From Octopus vulgaris (taxonomy: Eukaryota), in the NCBI GenBank assembly GCA_951406725.2, contig OX597816.1:77438001-77502000 (forward strand): a stretch of DNA of 64,000 nt. Reading direction: 5' to 3'. The translations under genes were made by a program, and so were the position numbers. A model generated the notes under the pieces. That model had not been told where the DNA came from. It searched no databases and worked only from the letters and a program-made list of their open reading frames with translations. Positions 25,039-39,499 of this stretch are shown here, piece by piece (within the stretch, counting starts at the first letter, position 1; the number at the start of each line of letters is the position of its first letter).

Positions 25039-28000
25039 ACTCCTTTCCAATCTGCATTGTATTGTCTAAAATTGTCGATTAAGTTGATCTTATTGGAGTT
25101 ACCTTGTTCTGCCAGTTATTTTAAACACTCTCAGGGGGAGTTTCGTTTACTAATTGCTGAGATAATCTCTGTTGATTGAAGTTTTTTCATATCGCTTTAT
25201 AACATACGAGAGAATATGACGTATTTTTGTATTTAGTTTACAGAACGCTCCCCTGATGTCGATTCGCACAGCCATGTTGTTGAGAATCGTTAGAGCGTCA
25301 AGCAAAAATGCCTTATTGTATTTCATTGAATTCAAATCTTGCCGAATTTAACTTCCTCTTTCGTTGAATGGTAAGACTGATGCCGTTAATGTTTGGTTTA
25401 AACTGTTACAGATGAGCATCTCGAAGGACATGAGCAAGGAGAAGATTCTAGAGGATCAATGTTCTGGCGAGGAAGGGCATTAGGTGGGTAGCGCAGGGCC
25501 AAGGAGGTTGGACGCAACAAAGGTGACAAGGTGGAGTGAGATCAGTGAGCCAGTATTCTTGAGTGGAGGAGATATAAGATCGGTCAGCTTCAAGGATGAG
25601 AAAGTCGTTATTAGTTCTTTGGGAAGTGGTTAGTTGCTTACATAGACCCTAGAGCTTGATTGGTACTATATTTTATCAACCTTGAAAAGTAAAATTGACC
25701 TTGGCAGCATTTGAACTCGGAACGTAGAGTCACAAGAAATGCTGCTAGGCATTTGTCAACGTGCTAACAACTCTGCCAAGTCGCCGCCTTTATATTGCGT
25801 TCAAATTTTTGCACAAAGCCTGCGATTTCGGGGGCCGGGGTAAGTCGATTACATCGACCCCAATGTTCGATTGGTACTTATTTTATCAACCTCAAAAGAA
25901 TGAAAAGCAAAGTCAACTTCGGTGGAAGTTGAACGCAACACGTAAAGACGGACAAAATGCCGCTAAGTATTTTGCTTGGCATGCCTACGATTCTGCCAGC
26001 TCGCCACCTTTTGTCACTCTTTATATTTGCAGCAGGTAAGACAGAAAGAAGATGCAGCACTTCTTTGGGGCAGAGGTTAGGGTGTGTTTGTTGATTTTAT
26101 CTCAGTTAGTCGAATAGCCCTTCACGGGGTGTGATCTAGTATGTACATGCGAAACAGTACCGTCCCAATTTGAATCATGCTTACGTTGAATTTGCATTTC
26201 CCCCATCCAGGATTCACAAAAGGAAATACCACTCAAGTACTGGGACCCGGTTATAAACCATATCCATTTCACAAAAATGTATAACTGTGTGCCTTATGTT
26301 AGGAACTAGATTCAACGAGGGGACGGGGTTGGCTTCTACATTGCTTTTCGGGTGGATTTAACTGAAGACGAAAAAGCTAAATGTTCCCCAGCTAAACTCC
26401 TCCTTTCTCGTCGTTAACCACAACAAAGATAATACAATCGCTTGATAAAAAATACTAGACAGTTACTTCCATTGATCTGCTCGAATACAACTGACTGAAG
26501 TTACTCAACAGCTTCACGAATAATCATGATCTTACGATTAGCAATAAAAAAAAAGACATTTTTTTAAAAAATCCCATATAATCGAATACTTAATGTTCAG
26601 AAAAAAAATCTAAACTAAAAAAAACAAAATATGAATTATAAATAATCGAATTATAAATATTGTGATTTTTTTTTCCAATGAATATACTTACAGATCTGAG
26701 TTAAAGAATGAGTAATAAAATAAACATTTACAATAACAACGCTGTTTGTATAACACACACATACACACACGCACACACGAGTGTTGTTCATACAGCATAT
26801 ATTCATATATACATACATTTATGTTTGTACGTGTGTGTGTGGTGTGCGGACCGCATAGGACGTTCGAAAGTATGTTACGTTTAAGGTAGGGAAGACAGTC
26901 AAAATACAGAATCCGCCACTGGTCTACCGTATATAATTTACTTATATGTATGTATGTGAGTGTGTGTGTGTGTATGTATGTGTGTGCGCGCGTGTGTGTA
27001 TGCGTGTGCGTGTGTGTGTTTGAGGCAACTTTATTATGTGAAGAAAACGTAACTGACGCCCATGCGAGTAGGCACGTCAATTTAAAATATATGTTGATTC
27101 TCATCGTCATGGAAACTAAAATTTGTTGCTTTCTGATTGGTCAACTCGTATTCTATTTAACCGCATGGGTTCAAAATCCCATATTTTACTGGCGAAAGTG
27201 GTTTCTTTTATTCTTTATTCATCGAAGAAAAAAAGGAAGAAATAAATATAACTTTAAAAATGTTTTATAAATCAGTTAAAAAAGGTTAGAATGTTGTGTG
27301 GGTAAAACTAAAGTTACAATGTTATGTTCAGCTTGTGTGACTCAGTCAGCTAGGGTGGTGAATATTAAGTGGTATAGATTGGTTTGCAGATGAAGATGAA
27401 AGCATCGCCTCAAAACCTTTAGTGGCTGGTTGGATTTACACCTCTCGTAGATGTATCGAAAGCACATTCACCTTGTTAACTTCATCCATCGCTCTCTGGG
27501 TTGTTTACAAAAAAGAAAAGAAAACGGAAATTGAGTGAAAAAGCTTCAAACTGGGAATCGAACTCGTATTTACTGAATCGCTTGCGAACTCACGAGCAAT
27601 TAGTTGAATCTTAATTACAGGAATATTTTTGTTTCAACAGATTCCTGACCCTAACAAACATAGCAGGTTAGTTGTGATGGAGTTTATCTCATCTTTCACT
27701 CGTATTAAGTAGTTTGAAGATAACTCGCCTTTCCAGGAAGGAAGGTCAACCTACATGTACAGCGCAGACGTTTGAATTCAGCCAACACCGCAAGCCTAGC
27801 CTGACATTGTACTAAATACTCTTTTGGGACATCCTTTTTTCTTTCTTTCTTTCTTTCTTTTAGTTTCCTCTCTTGTCTTCTCTCTGTAGTTGCTCGACCT
27901 GTTTGCAATGGTCCTAGATCCGTGAAGGCGTATGACCAAGTAAGAATATTCGGCTCACGATCGTAAGGTCATGAGTTCGATACACAGCGGCGCATTGTAT

Positions 28001-28229
28001 CCTTGAACAAGACACTTTATTTCACGTTTTTCCAGTCCACTCAGCTAGCAAAAATGAGTTGTACCTGTATTTCAAAGGGCCAACCTTGTCATATTCTGTA
28101 TAATTCAGAATTTCCCAGAGAACTACGTTAAGGGCACACGTGTCTGCGGAGTGCTCAGCCACTTGCACGTTAATTTCACGATCAGATCATTTGGAATACT
28201 AATCGTCATAACCAATGGAGTGCCAGTCT

Positions 28230-29037
28230 GGATCTTTTCCTTTTGAACGGCATATGTCAACACAATTTCCACGTAACTAAACACTTTTAAACTTCGTATA
28301 CTGGTAGAATGTGTTTATAAAACATCATTTTTTCTTGGCTTTATTGAGAAAATTCTATAGTTTGTAACATATTTCCTCTTTAAAATCGAGCATTTCAGCA
28401 ATTTTAACCAATCAAATACGTCCATTTGGAGTGAAAACATACCATGCTATATGAATGTGCCCCTCGTTTAAGAAACAGATTGGGTTTATTTACATTTGCG
28501 AAGAAAAAAAGACCCCCCTTCCCCCAGCCCTAACCATAACCCTACTCCTAACCCTAACCATAACTCTAAACCTAACCCTAAAATAGATTGAAATGCAATA
28601 GCTCGATACTAGGGTTATAATTATGGGTGGCAATTTCATACGACACCGCTACGGAAAATGGGATTTTTTTCTAGCGGTGTCAAATGAAAATGTCACCCAT
28701 AATTATAATCTATTCAATCTATTTTAGGGTTAGGGTTAGGGGTGGGGAAAGGGTATCTTTTTTCTTCGCAAATGTAAATAAACCCAATCTGTTTCTAAAA
28801 CGAGGGACATATTCATACAGCACAGTATGTTTTCATCCCAAATGGACGTATTTGATTGGTTAAAATTGCCGAAATGCTCGATTTTAAAGTGGAAATATGT
28901 TACAAACTATAGAATTTTCTCAATAAAGCCAAGAAAAAATGATGTTTTATAAACACATTCTACCAGTATACGAAGTTTAAAAGTGTTTAATTAACTAGAA
29001 ATTGTGTTGCAAACTGCCGTTCAAAGGGAAAAGATCC
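28230..29037. mobile_element. Foldback MITE (Merlin-like) with telomeric repeats in both arms
   Basis: TIR ggatcttttcc.tttgaacggca; perfect 8-bp TSD gccagtct (28222-28229, 29038-29045); long inverted arms. Confidence 0.9.
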
Positions 29038-32000
29038 GCCAGTCTTAGATCACATTGTATCATCTTTGAAGGGAAGAGTCCTAGATATGTAAAAACACTG
29101 GATGATCAGAGCTGCACTGTATTACGTATTTCACCACGAGTATAGCGAGACTCGAAATTGAATCGTCGAATTACGAATTAAAGTCATGACATAACAATGG
29201 CTTGTTCACATGACAGGCCGAGTTATTTGCCAATCAGCAGCCAGACTTTACGTGATAGATTAATCTAGATTCTAATGGAGCTATTCCTTACAAGGGTCAT
29301 ATAAAGGCTAGTTTTAGCACCAATTTTCAGAGTGTGTTAACCTGAGAGCTTGCCATAAACACTCGCCTTTGTAATAAACGTTTTCAGTTCGGATTGGATA
29401 TGACGATTTAGCTGGCCGAAATTAATCTACTGTGTATATTTTCTCCTGTCTTGGCAGGGAAAAACTAATTACGAATGCTACAGAATTATTCCTTCGATTG
29501 TGTTAAAATTTTATAATTCATGCGGTGAAACAAAGTTATTATTAAACGTTGCTTGATGGCATTATATCATTGACTCGCAGCTTCATGTGCATATAACCAA
29601 CCTGCTATACAACGTTCGTAATTTAAATCCCTATTGAATCAGAATCATCTTTTAACTCCGATCATAGACTAGTTGATAATCCGATACATTATGGCTTTTT
29701 ACACATGCATAGAGAGATTTTAACACATAGCTTTCGAATCGTGACTGCCCGTCATTCTTTTTAAAGATTTTTTTTTTTAAATTAGTATCAACCAAAGTGT
29801 TTAGTTCATGACCATCCTGTCTTTTTTAAAGAATTTTCAATTGTGTTTATTATCTCTCCAACATATGCCTCTTGCAAAAGATTCAACAATCATATTACCA
29901 GAGAATGTAATTTTGTCACGAATTGACTGACATTCATCCTCACTAAAGACAGACACTGAAGATCAACGGGATTGTAACAATCTTGACGCTAACCATAAAC
30001 TCAAAACTAACCCAAAACACTAATCTTGATGCCAATACTAACCTTTAATCCTAACTGAAAATTAAACATCATAAATTATATTAAATTTTATTGTGCTTCC
30101 TTGCATGAGTGTTTATGAAAAATTTCTGTTTTGGAGCGTGAAGTCTGGGATTGCTAAAGTACTTGTAGCATACTGAACAAGTTCAATTGATCATATCACT
30201 CTACAAAAACCAGTATTGTATCTTGTCAACACGAAATCAATAATATTTTGTTCACACTGTTTGTCATAAATTCTACAGCTAAGCAAACTGGACTATTAAA
30301 AGTTATTATATTATATTATCATGGCGGCAAATAGGCCAAGTTGTTAAGAGTGTCAGATAAAATGATCTGCAGTATTCGTTCTGGTTCCCTGCACTCTGAC
30401 TTCAAATACTGCCGAGTTCAACTTTGCCTTTTATACTTTCGGAATCAATAAATAAGGGATATTCGTTTGTTTTATGGATAGCAAGTGTTAAAATTTTGCC
30501 ATCTGATTTCCCGACACATGACATCATTCTCGGCCGTTTACGATGTGTTCGGTAATGTCTTTCATGTGCTGGAGATAGCCGAACACATACTCGCACATGC
30601 AATCTTCATATTTTTTAACGATTTACTTCTATTTCTATAAACTGCTAAGAATGACGTAGTATACTGAGAAATCAGTTGGCACAAGCTTGACCTTTGTCAT
30701 ACGTAAAACGAAAGAATGCAATAGATAGACACCCATACAAGTGTGTTCCCCACCGCTGACTTTGTTTCCTCATAACTTTCAGAAAATTGACATTTTTTAA
30801 TGAAATTTTCTACAAATACGTTTTAGATCGTATAGATTCTGATTATTATGGTATTTGTTTTGAAACATTTTTCATGGGAAGAGGGGAGAGGAGTTTCAGA
30901 TAATTCACCTGAGTCGGCTTTGTGTCCCCATAAGTGTCAGGAAAATAAGGTCCATCCCCACCCCGCTAGAAATTCTCTACACATTCAGATACCTTTCAGA
31001 TGGTGCCGATTACGATTATATTAGGAATTTGACATGGAAAAAATGTAGACTCGCATATAGGCATACTGACATACATCACATATATCTACAAAATGAAACT
31101 GGAAATTTTGAAAAAATATTGTGTCAGTATGTATGTGTTCGTGACCGTTAATTTTTTTTTTTTACATGGTGGTGATGGCGGTGGGGAGGGTGACGACGAC
31201 GACTTTAATATTGTTGAATTATGCTAAAAATACCAACAGAAAAAATAGCACACATAACGTCAATGATAAAGATGCCCATATATTAGTTCAATGTGGCTTC
31301 AATTATCTTATTGTAAAATTGCCCAGTTTAACACCCACCACCACCACACTTATTTATTGTGTGCCTTTATAGGCTTAACAAGCCACCCAGTTTAAATTTA
31401 TTGATATATTTATCCCATATTAGTAACCTTTAATTCTAGTTCCTGAAACCTAACCACCACAGGCTGGAATAAATTAAATTATAGAATACGTATATAAGAG
31501 ATGATTACTAATTTTTACATTAAAGTAATGAAAGGAGAAGAGGCTGTCTGAAACTGGTAGAATTATTGCAGTTGATGTTCTTTTTAAAAGCCAACAGGAA
31601 GTACGAGGGCATGGCAGGACTTCAGGAGGTTACCCAAACTGCTGAAAGCCATGAATGGAAAATGAAACACAGTACGGATATTTGAAGAGAAGTGATACAT
31701 GGTAACAGGTAGGCCTGGGTGGGTTAAGGTATACAGATAGACAGATAAAAAAAAAGCATTGTAGTAGTGATAGAACAGGCAGAGAAAATAAAGTGCCTGT
31801 CTTTGAGCTTGGGGTTGAAGCCTATTTATTTATTGAATTTTTACCATTCTGGGCATGGTCTGTAAGTAGCATCATCTGAGAAGTGCTTCAACATGGATGG
31901 GCTATATTGAAATGGGGGAGGTTGGAGAAGGGGTTAGCAAATGGTCAGGGATAAGGTATTGAAGTATTCTAGTGTTCCCTTTATAGAAGACTCATGGTCT

Positions 32001-33459
32001 TTATAATTGACTTCAGTAGCCAATTACATTGATTCATTGCATGGTATGGCCATGAGTTTCAGATCAATGTCAATGTTCACTAGATTTAGATTAAAAGTGA
32101 ATCATTCTCAATGAAAACCCCTTTCTATGAAGATTGCCAGAGTCATACGAAAACAACCATTTTAGGATTGAATGTAATGAATGCAGCAAATAGATCCAGT
32201 AGTTAGAAAATTGAATAGTAAGACATGTTGAAAAGAACAGCATGTTACTATAATTGTAAAGGTAAAGAGGAAGGTTCTGGGACAGAAAGGACTCCATACT
32301 TATTAGATATTTGTCAAGGATGGTGACTACTTTTGTATCAGCCATCTCCCCTCTCATCCTGTTAAATAAACTTACTACAAGTGTTATTTTACTTCCAGAA
32401 AGAGATAAATTTAACCCTCTCATTACCAAGCTGGCTGAAGCCAGCTCTGGCTCTGTAGTACAAATGTTATGTTTTCATAAGTTTTGAATTAAAATCTTTC
32501 ACTAAATCTTAGTCACAATTAATGTTCCTAACACTAGCTTAATGATAACTAAGTTATTTTACTAAATTCCTTGTTATATTTTAAATAATTAAGAGGAAAA
32601 CAAAGCATCTCAAAATAGATACAGTAACGAAAGGGTTAAGGAGCACAAAATCATCATCATCATCCCCACTTGGTTGAGCTTGTCTTCAGGGAGGCACCCA
32701 ATATCTCTGGTGAGTTAATCTAAACACATTGTGTTCAGATGACCAGCTCAAGTATGGTCATGCTTTGGCATCCATAGCAATAGGTCACTTGCCAGCTCTT
32801 GTTTAGCTCACCAGCAATATCCCAGAAAATGCAAGTGCCTTTCCCTTATAATGGTGGTGACCGGCAGGAGATCTCCTTGCTACTGTTTCTTTGTGGGATG
32901 AGTTCTTCAAGATATATTTAAGACTGCTCTTAACATTTAGGTGTAAGTTCTATCTAGCTCGGATTCCAGTTTTAGGGAAAATGTTTAGGCTGTGGTTCCA
33001 TATAAAAGTACTGACTCCACTGTTGCATGGAAAAAATTCTCAACTGTACTTATTGCAAGTGATGATAGAAAACAATAATACTAAAAGATTAACAAAGAAG
33101 AGTAATGAATATATATATATCATCAATAATCATCATCATTAACATCCATTTTCCATGCTGGCATGGGTTGGATGGTTTGGCAGGAGCTGGTCAAATTCCA
33201 ACTGTCTCTTGTGGCATGGTTTCTATGGCTGGATGCTCTTCCTATAGCCAACCACTTTACAGAGTATGTTGGGTGCTTTTTATGTGCCACTGGCATAGGT
33301 GCATTTACACAACGCCTACACAGGTGTATTTTATGTGGCACCAGCACCTGTAAAGGACAAGCTTGTATGTGTGGATGATGGCAATTTTACTTGGCTTGAT
33401 GCGTCTTCTCAAGTACAGCAAATTGCCACAGTTCCTGTTATCAGAGGGGAAGTGTCATA

Positions 33460-33848
33460 TCTATTACATAAAATCTGTTCTGTCTATCTGTGTGTGTGTG
33501 TCTTCTAGGATCTCGGGCATCCTCCATCTGATTGCGCTCAAATTTGATATGTTGATATCGACGGTATCAGGGTGTGTATAAGTCTTGAAAAAAATACAAA
33601 AATCGATTCCAGGTGAGAATGCAATCAATAAAGCCATGGGAAAGGGCATTCGTATGTGCAAGTACATCAGCTGTTGCGATCAATACTACACGTACGCGAG
33701 AAAAATGCATGTGCAGTTTGCACAAAAAAAGCCGGCTGTGTTGAAATAATGCCACAAAATGGGATGGTCGGACAAGTTGTTTTGAGAAAACTTGGTTTAA
33801 ATGTTTGACAACTAAGCACCATCCATTGGACGGGGAGCATTTTGCTCG
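33460..33848 (+). mobile_element. Non-autonomous Helitron, second copy
   Basis: Colinear with 5139-5517, with the same ends and AT target. Confidence 0.8.
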
Positions 33849-35577
33849 TATACATATATTTAGTCATCTTGTGAAGTTTAGGCAACTCTACAGCTTGCAA
33901 TGAGGATCAAAATGATTGGATTCATTGTTGTTTAACAACTCATCAGGATTCATAATAAAAATACACTGATATCATGTGCTATATTATAAGTCCATGAGAT
34001 AGTTGCAAACATCATAATATATATTAAATGTTGTTTAGCCCCTAAGTCAACCCTCATTCAGTAGACATATGATCATAGACATTTTAACTGTGAACATCCT
34101 GCGTAGCATACCCTGGACTACATGTTGTTAGAACAGGTATTCAGTGTGTCAAACTTACATCATTCAACCAGCATGCAAGCTGTGATTATCTCATCTTCTT
34201 TTCTGGTATATTATATCCAGCACTACTTTACTCTGTTTATTCATTCATTTTGAAGATGGTAGGGTAACATTTGAAGGAGAGTTGACTGCTAATTCTAGCC
34301 AGTCAAGTGATTACATAGAAGTGCATTCCTTTAGCTTTGTATATATGAAACATGCAAGAATGTAATCAGATTCCTAAAAAAACTATATCAAAGACTATCC
34401 AGATCTTTTCATAGACGAGGTCAGAATACAATGAAAACATGTCCAGAATTGTCTCCTATACTTGCCAAAGAACTTAAAATGTATCATGGACTATTATTCC
34501 TTTTTCTTCTTCATTTCATATTTGTTCTTTTATTCTTTTATACATATCAGCCCTAAGGCTGTGACCATGCTGGGGCACTACCAGATTTTTCTTTAATATG
34601 CTTTTAAATGCTTTCTACATTAAATATGTTAACACTACTTACCTACTGATTTTCAGACATTTAGTCATACAAAATTTTTCATATCTAGGCAATGAGTCAT
34701 AAACTGCACATCCATTTCTTTATTGTTTAGTCAAGTACAACAAATCCTGTATTTACTGATAAGATCAGACTAATAGAGTACCATGTCAGAAAAATGAAAA
34801 TTAGAATTAGTCATTGTATAATATTTTTTTCACTACTCACATATATATTTTTTCTAAATTCTCCATGCAGTAAATATACAAAAACTAACTTCCCTATCAA
34901 CATAAACACAACTAATAAAAAAATACAACTATAGAAAATAAGGACAAATTTGAACTGTGAAAGTGAAGCACCTGGTTATTTTATTTGTATATTTTTAGAT
35001 AATATAAAGGAAAAAATGAGGAAGTTAGAACTTAATACATGAATAAATGTAATCTTAACTTCTAACTTAATGATACATTTATTTAGTGGTAGGCACATGG
35101 CTGTGTAGTTAAGAAGTTTGCTTCCCAATCATATGGTTTCAGGTTCAGTTCCACTGGGCTAGTCTCTTCTGCTATAGCCTTGGTCAAACCAAAACTTTGT
35201 GAGTGGATCTAAAAGACAAGCAGTGTGTGTGTGTGTATGTGTTTACATTGTATGATAATTATAAGCAAGCCTCACCATACAAGTGGTGTTGTTCACTTCC
35301 TTTTTTTGATGGAAACATGTCTGGCCAAGAAGAAATATTACCTTACTTAGAAACGTGAGGGTTGGTGGCAGGAAAAGCATCCAGCTATAGAAAAATCTAC
35401 CTCAACTAATTCTAACTCATGCAAGCATGGAAAAGAAGATGTTAAACAACAATGATGAAGATGATAATGATTAAAATAATATTTACTGTTGTATTTCATA
35501 GTACAGGTACATTAGTTATAAACAGGTGTGGTTGTGTGGTAAGAAGCTATAAACAGGTGTGGCTGTGTGGTAAGAAA

Positions 35578-36789
35578 ATGGTTTCTTACATGAGATGTAT
35601 TTTAAATGGGTTTCTTATGAGTCATCTATAAATGGATTTTCAATGAGTTTCTATGTATATGCTTGTGTTTACTCTTAACTCTTTTTCTTTCTAGGCAATA
35701 CTATTATTCAAAATTGCTACCTACAGCTCTTATGACAATGTTGACAACTGAACAATACTGAGTGGTTTTCTTTTACGAATACAAGTTGGGTCACTCTGCC
35801 ACCAAAGCTCTACAAAACATCAAGCGGGCTTTTGGTAATGATTCTGTTGACATTGGAACTGTTCAGAAATGGTTCCAAAGATTTAATTCAGGAAATTAAA
35901 ATAAAAATGAACCAAGAGGGAGACCAAAATCAGTTATTCAGCATGATGAATTGAATGCTTTGGTTAAATGAAATCCAAGAAGAACAGTCTGAAAAATCAG
36001 ATCAGAGCTCCAGACATCTGCCGCAACTGCTTCTTGACACTTGAAGAAAATTGGAAAAGTCAAAAAGATGAGTAGGTTTGTTCACCATCAACTTAATGAG
36101 ATTCAAAGAAACAGATGCCTTACAGTGTGTTCCATGTTGATTTCTCGGTTGGAAAGAGAACCATTTTTGTATCAACTCATTACATGTGATGACAAATGGA
36201 TACTCTCTGATAGCAGCAGAAGGACAGGACAGAGGTTGGATGCAGAAGAATCACCAAAACACTACCCAAAATCACTGTTGCACTCTAAAAGGTTGATGGT
36301 CACTGTATGGTGGTCAACAAAGGGAGTTATTCATTATTCATTTTTGCAATAAGGGAAAACTGTAACAGCAACATCCTATTGTCAAGAAATTGATTGTATG
36401 CATGAAAAATCAAAAAAAGAAGCAACCCAGCTTAGGGAATAGAGATGGCCACACTTCTCAAGCTATGGTCCACAAGTTGCAAAGCCTGAATTATGAAATT
36501 TTGGCACATCCACCTTATTCTCCTGATATCTCAACTACTGATTATCACATATTTAAACACTTCAAGCTTGTTATACACAATAAAACATTCTTAAATAAAA
36601 AAGAGGTAATTGAAGCATTCAAACAGTTTATCAGTATAAAAGATGAGAAATCCTTAGAGGAATGTTGGATGAAGGTCATAAATGAACTAGGATCATATTT
36701 TGATTAAATAAATAAATATTCTGAAACTTAAAAAACAATTTTAATATTTCCTTTTACAAATGTGACATTTCATGTGAGACAACCTAATA
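35578..36789 (+). mobile_element. Mariner transposase pseudogene (cecropia/Hsmar1-like)
   Basis: YEYKLGHSA, WFQRF, FVHHQL, ITCDDKW, MVTVWWS, HPPYSPDISTTDYHIF; right TIR catgtgagacaacctaata; stops and frameshifts. Confidence 0.9.
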
Positions 36790-37299
36790 TCTTATCATAA
36801 ATCTGCTGAGTTTTCTGTAACAGACTTTTTAAAGTAGAAACATACAGTCAAGAAAAAAAATATTTAAGTCTATTTGTGAATATTTACTGTGGATAACAGT
36901 GTCTAATCGATAATCGGCAAAAACTTGGCGGAACACAAACACACATGACTTCTGACAAGAAGGCAACAATGTATCGATGAAAATACAAGCAACTTGTGAA
37001 ATATTAATTTTATCATAATAATCTTTGTGCAAATAGTAAGAAAAAATATTGTAGAAAATTCTGATAAGAACATTCTGTGAGTAAACTCTACAGAACTGGA
37101 GATAGGTCTTTGAAATTTGTTACTAAAGCTTACATTTGTCCTCATTTTTTGCCACTCTTTTCTTACTTGTAGATCTAACACCTCCATTTCATCGTTTATT
37201 GATGTCCACCATAAAGGCATTTTTATGACAACATATTAAGAATAAAATTTAATTTATTATATTTTAGAAATCTTTTGATATACCTTAAAATAATAATGG

Positions 37300-37810
37300 T
37301 GATGATGATGATGATGCTTCCTTTATTGGCCACCAGGGCCAAAAACAAAACATAGAGGACAATACACAGACGAGGGACAGTGAGGTTAAATGTGTAAACA
37401 GCAAACAAACACAATTAACAAAGAGATTAAGTCAACAATATGCTTCCCAATTGGGGGGAGTTCCACCGTAACTTTGGACTTTGGACCTCTTAACACCAAT
37501 GGTTCCTCAGGAAGGTATCCTCTCTACTCCCTTCCATCTGGCCTACAGATACACACTTCGAGTAGGCCCATTCACGTGGGCAATTCTTGTCACATTCACC
37601 CGCCTTTTAACTCACTTTCCTTTTCAGGTGAAACCTGAAAATGAAAATTTAGCCCTGGCCAAAGAGGAAAGTAACCATCTTCAACCCTTTAAGTCACTTC
37701 CACCACACAACCTCTTTTGCCATAGCCACTAGAGAGAAAAATTGTCCACCCTTCCTGGCTAAAGAAAGGAGGCAGGATGATCTTCCCAATGGACTCGGAC
37801 GATAGCCAAA
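37300..37810 (-). mobile_element. L1/Tx1-like LINE 3' fragment
   Basis: LVAMAKEVVWW..LKGLK..FRFHLKRKV C-terminus, aataaa and (ATC)n tail. Confidence 0.55.
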
Positions 37811-38755
37811 TCAATAATAATAATCCTTACTACAATAGGCACAAGGCCTGAAATTTGGTAGGAGGGAGGGCAGTTGATTAGATCAACCTCAGTACACACC
37901 TGGTACTAAATTTATCAACTCCAAAAGGATGAAAGGCAAACGCAGTACCAGGTAATGGCTCTCATGGCTTCTGATCTTAACTAATTGGAAGTGTACATGT
38001 TTTGTTTTGGTGTAAAGATGGGCTACAGCAAATATTCTGCTCAATACCACAGATCTGCTTGTCGGTTGCATGTCCCTTAGTGGCTGATGATATGTGCTTG
38101 TCTGATCATGAGCAGAAGTAGTGGGGAGCATCATAGCTATGTGTTGAGAGGAATTCTTTGGGTTTGAATAATTCACCTCTGGAAACATGGATGATTTGTT
38201 CATCATCCTTAAACAAACCTTTTGAGTAGGATGGGCTACTCAACCTGAAGAAAATTCAAGGTCATGCATAATAATAATAATAACAACAACAACAACAATA
38301 ATAATAACGAAGGTACAAAAATTTTTCTTTAAATTTATCAGATTTTACTTAATAACTTTTTTGAAATATAATGATGGAAAGTTTTCGCAATTTGAAAGAG
38401 AATTTCAAATGAACACATTGTTCTTCCAAATTTTTTAACTGGCTGTACTGGGTTACACGTTATTAGTAGCACTAAAAGTGACTTGACACACATACAGACA
38501 TGCATACATACATACATACATACATACATACATACATACATACATACATACGCATGCACACATACATACATATAAACGCACGCAATACATGCATACATAC
38601 GCACGCACACACACACACACATGTACACACACACACATACACACACGCACACATACACTGTGTGACTAGAAGATGTTGCTATTCCATCGTCTAGTTACTA
38701 TGTCGAAGTTTCCCTCGGTGGCTCCTGTGTACATACGCTTGTGTCACATACACAT

Positions 38756-39294
38756 GTATGTATGTATGTATGTATGTATGTATGTATGTATGTATGCATG
38801 CATGCATGCATGCATGCATGCATGCATGCATGCATGCATGCATGCATGCATACATACATACATACATACATACATACATACATACATACATACATACATA
38901 CATACATACATACATACATACATACATACATACATACATACATACATACATACATACATACATACATACATACATACATACATACATACATACATACATA
39001 CATACATACATACATACATACATACATACATACATACATACATACATACATACATACATACATACATACATACATACATACATACATACATACATACATA
39101 CATACATACATACATACATACATACATACATACATACATACATACATACATACATACATACATACATACATACATACATACATACATACATACATACATA
39201 CATACATACATACATACATACATACATACATACATACATACATACATACATACATACATACATACATACATACATACATACATACATACATACA
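38756..39294. repeat. Compound microsatellite (TATG)n(CATG)n(CATA)~110
   Basis: Direct reading; uninterrupted CATA run of ~445 bp. Confidence 0.95.
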
Positions 39295-39499
39295 TGCATG
39301 CCTGCCTGCATGTATGTGTGGTGCTATTTTGCAAATTATGTATTTAAAATGGCTGTCAATAAAATAAAACGGAAAACGATTTTTCTCCAATAAAATAATT
39401 TCAGATGAGTATAAAATAATGATTTATTGAGTTTAGATACTTGGATTTTCGCCAAAATCCTAATGATCCAAATGATTTATTTATATTTCATTTTATTTT

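Noticed and set aside
31520-32370. Possible Penelope RT relic (also ~25360-25620)
   Set aside because: Only faint motif resemblance; too degraded to call by eye.
36041-36707. SETMAR or a domesticated transposase
   Set aside because: No SET domain; multiple stops, frameshifts and a deletion covering the second catalytic Asp region.
36903-37220. 105-aa minus-strand ORF as a gene
   Set aside because: No recognisable motif or supported exon chain; only an internal gtaaga donor was noted.
38673-39393. Six 196-230 aa ORFs (YIHT/MYVC repeats)
   Set aside because: Translations of the (CATA)n microsatellite; the same applies to all YI, CV and HT repeat ORFs in the track.
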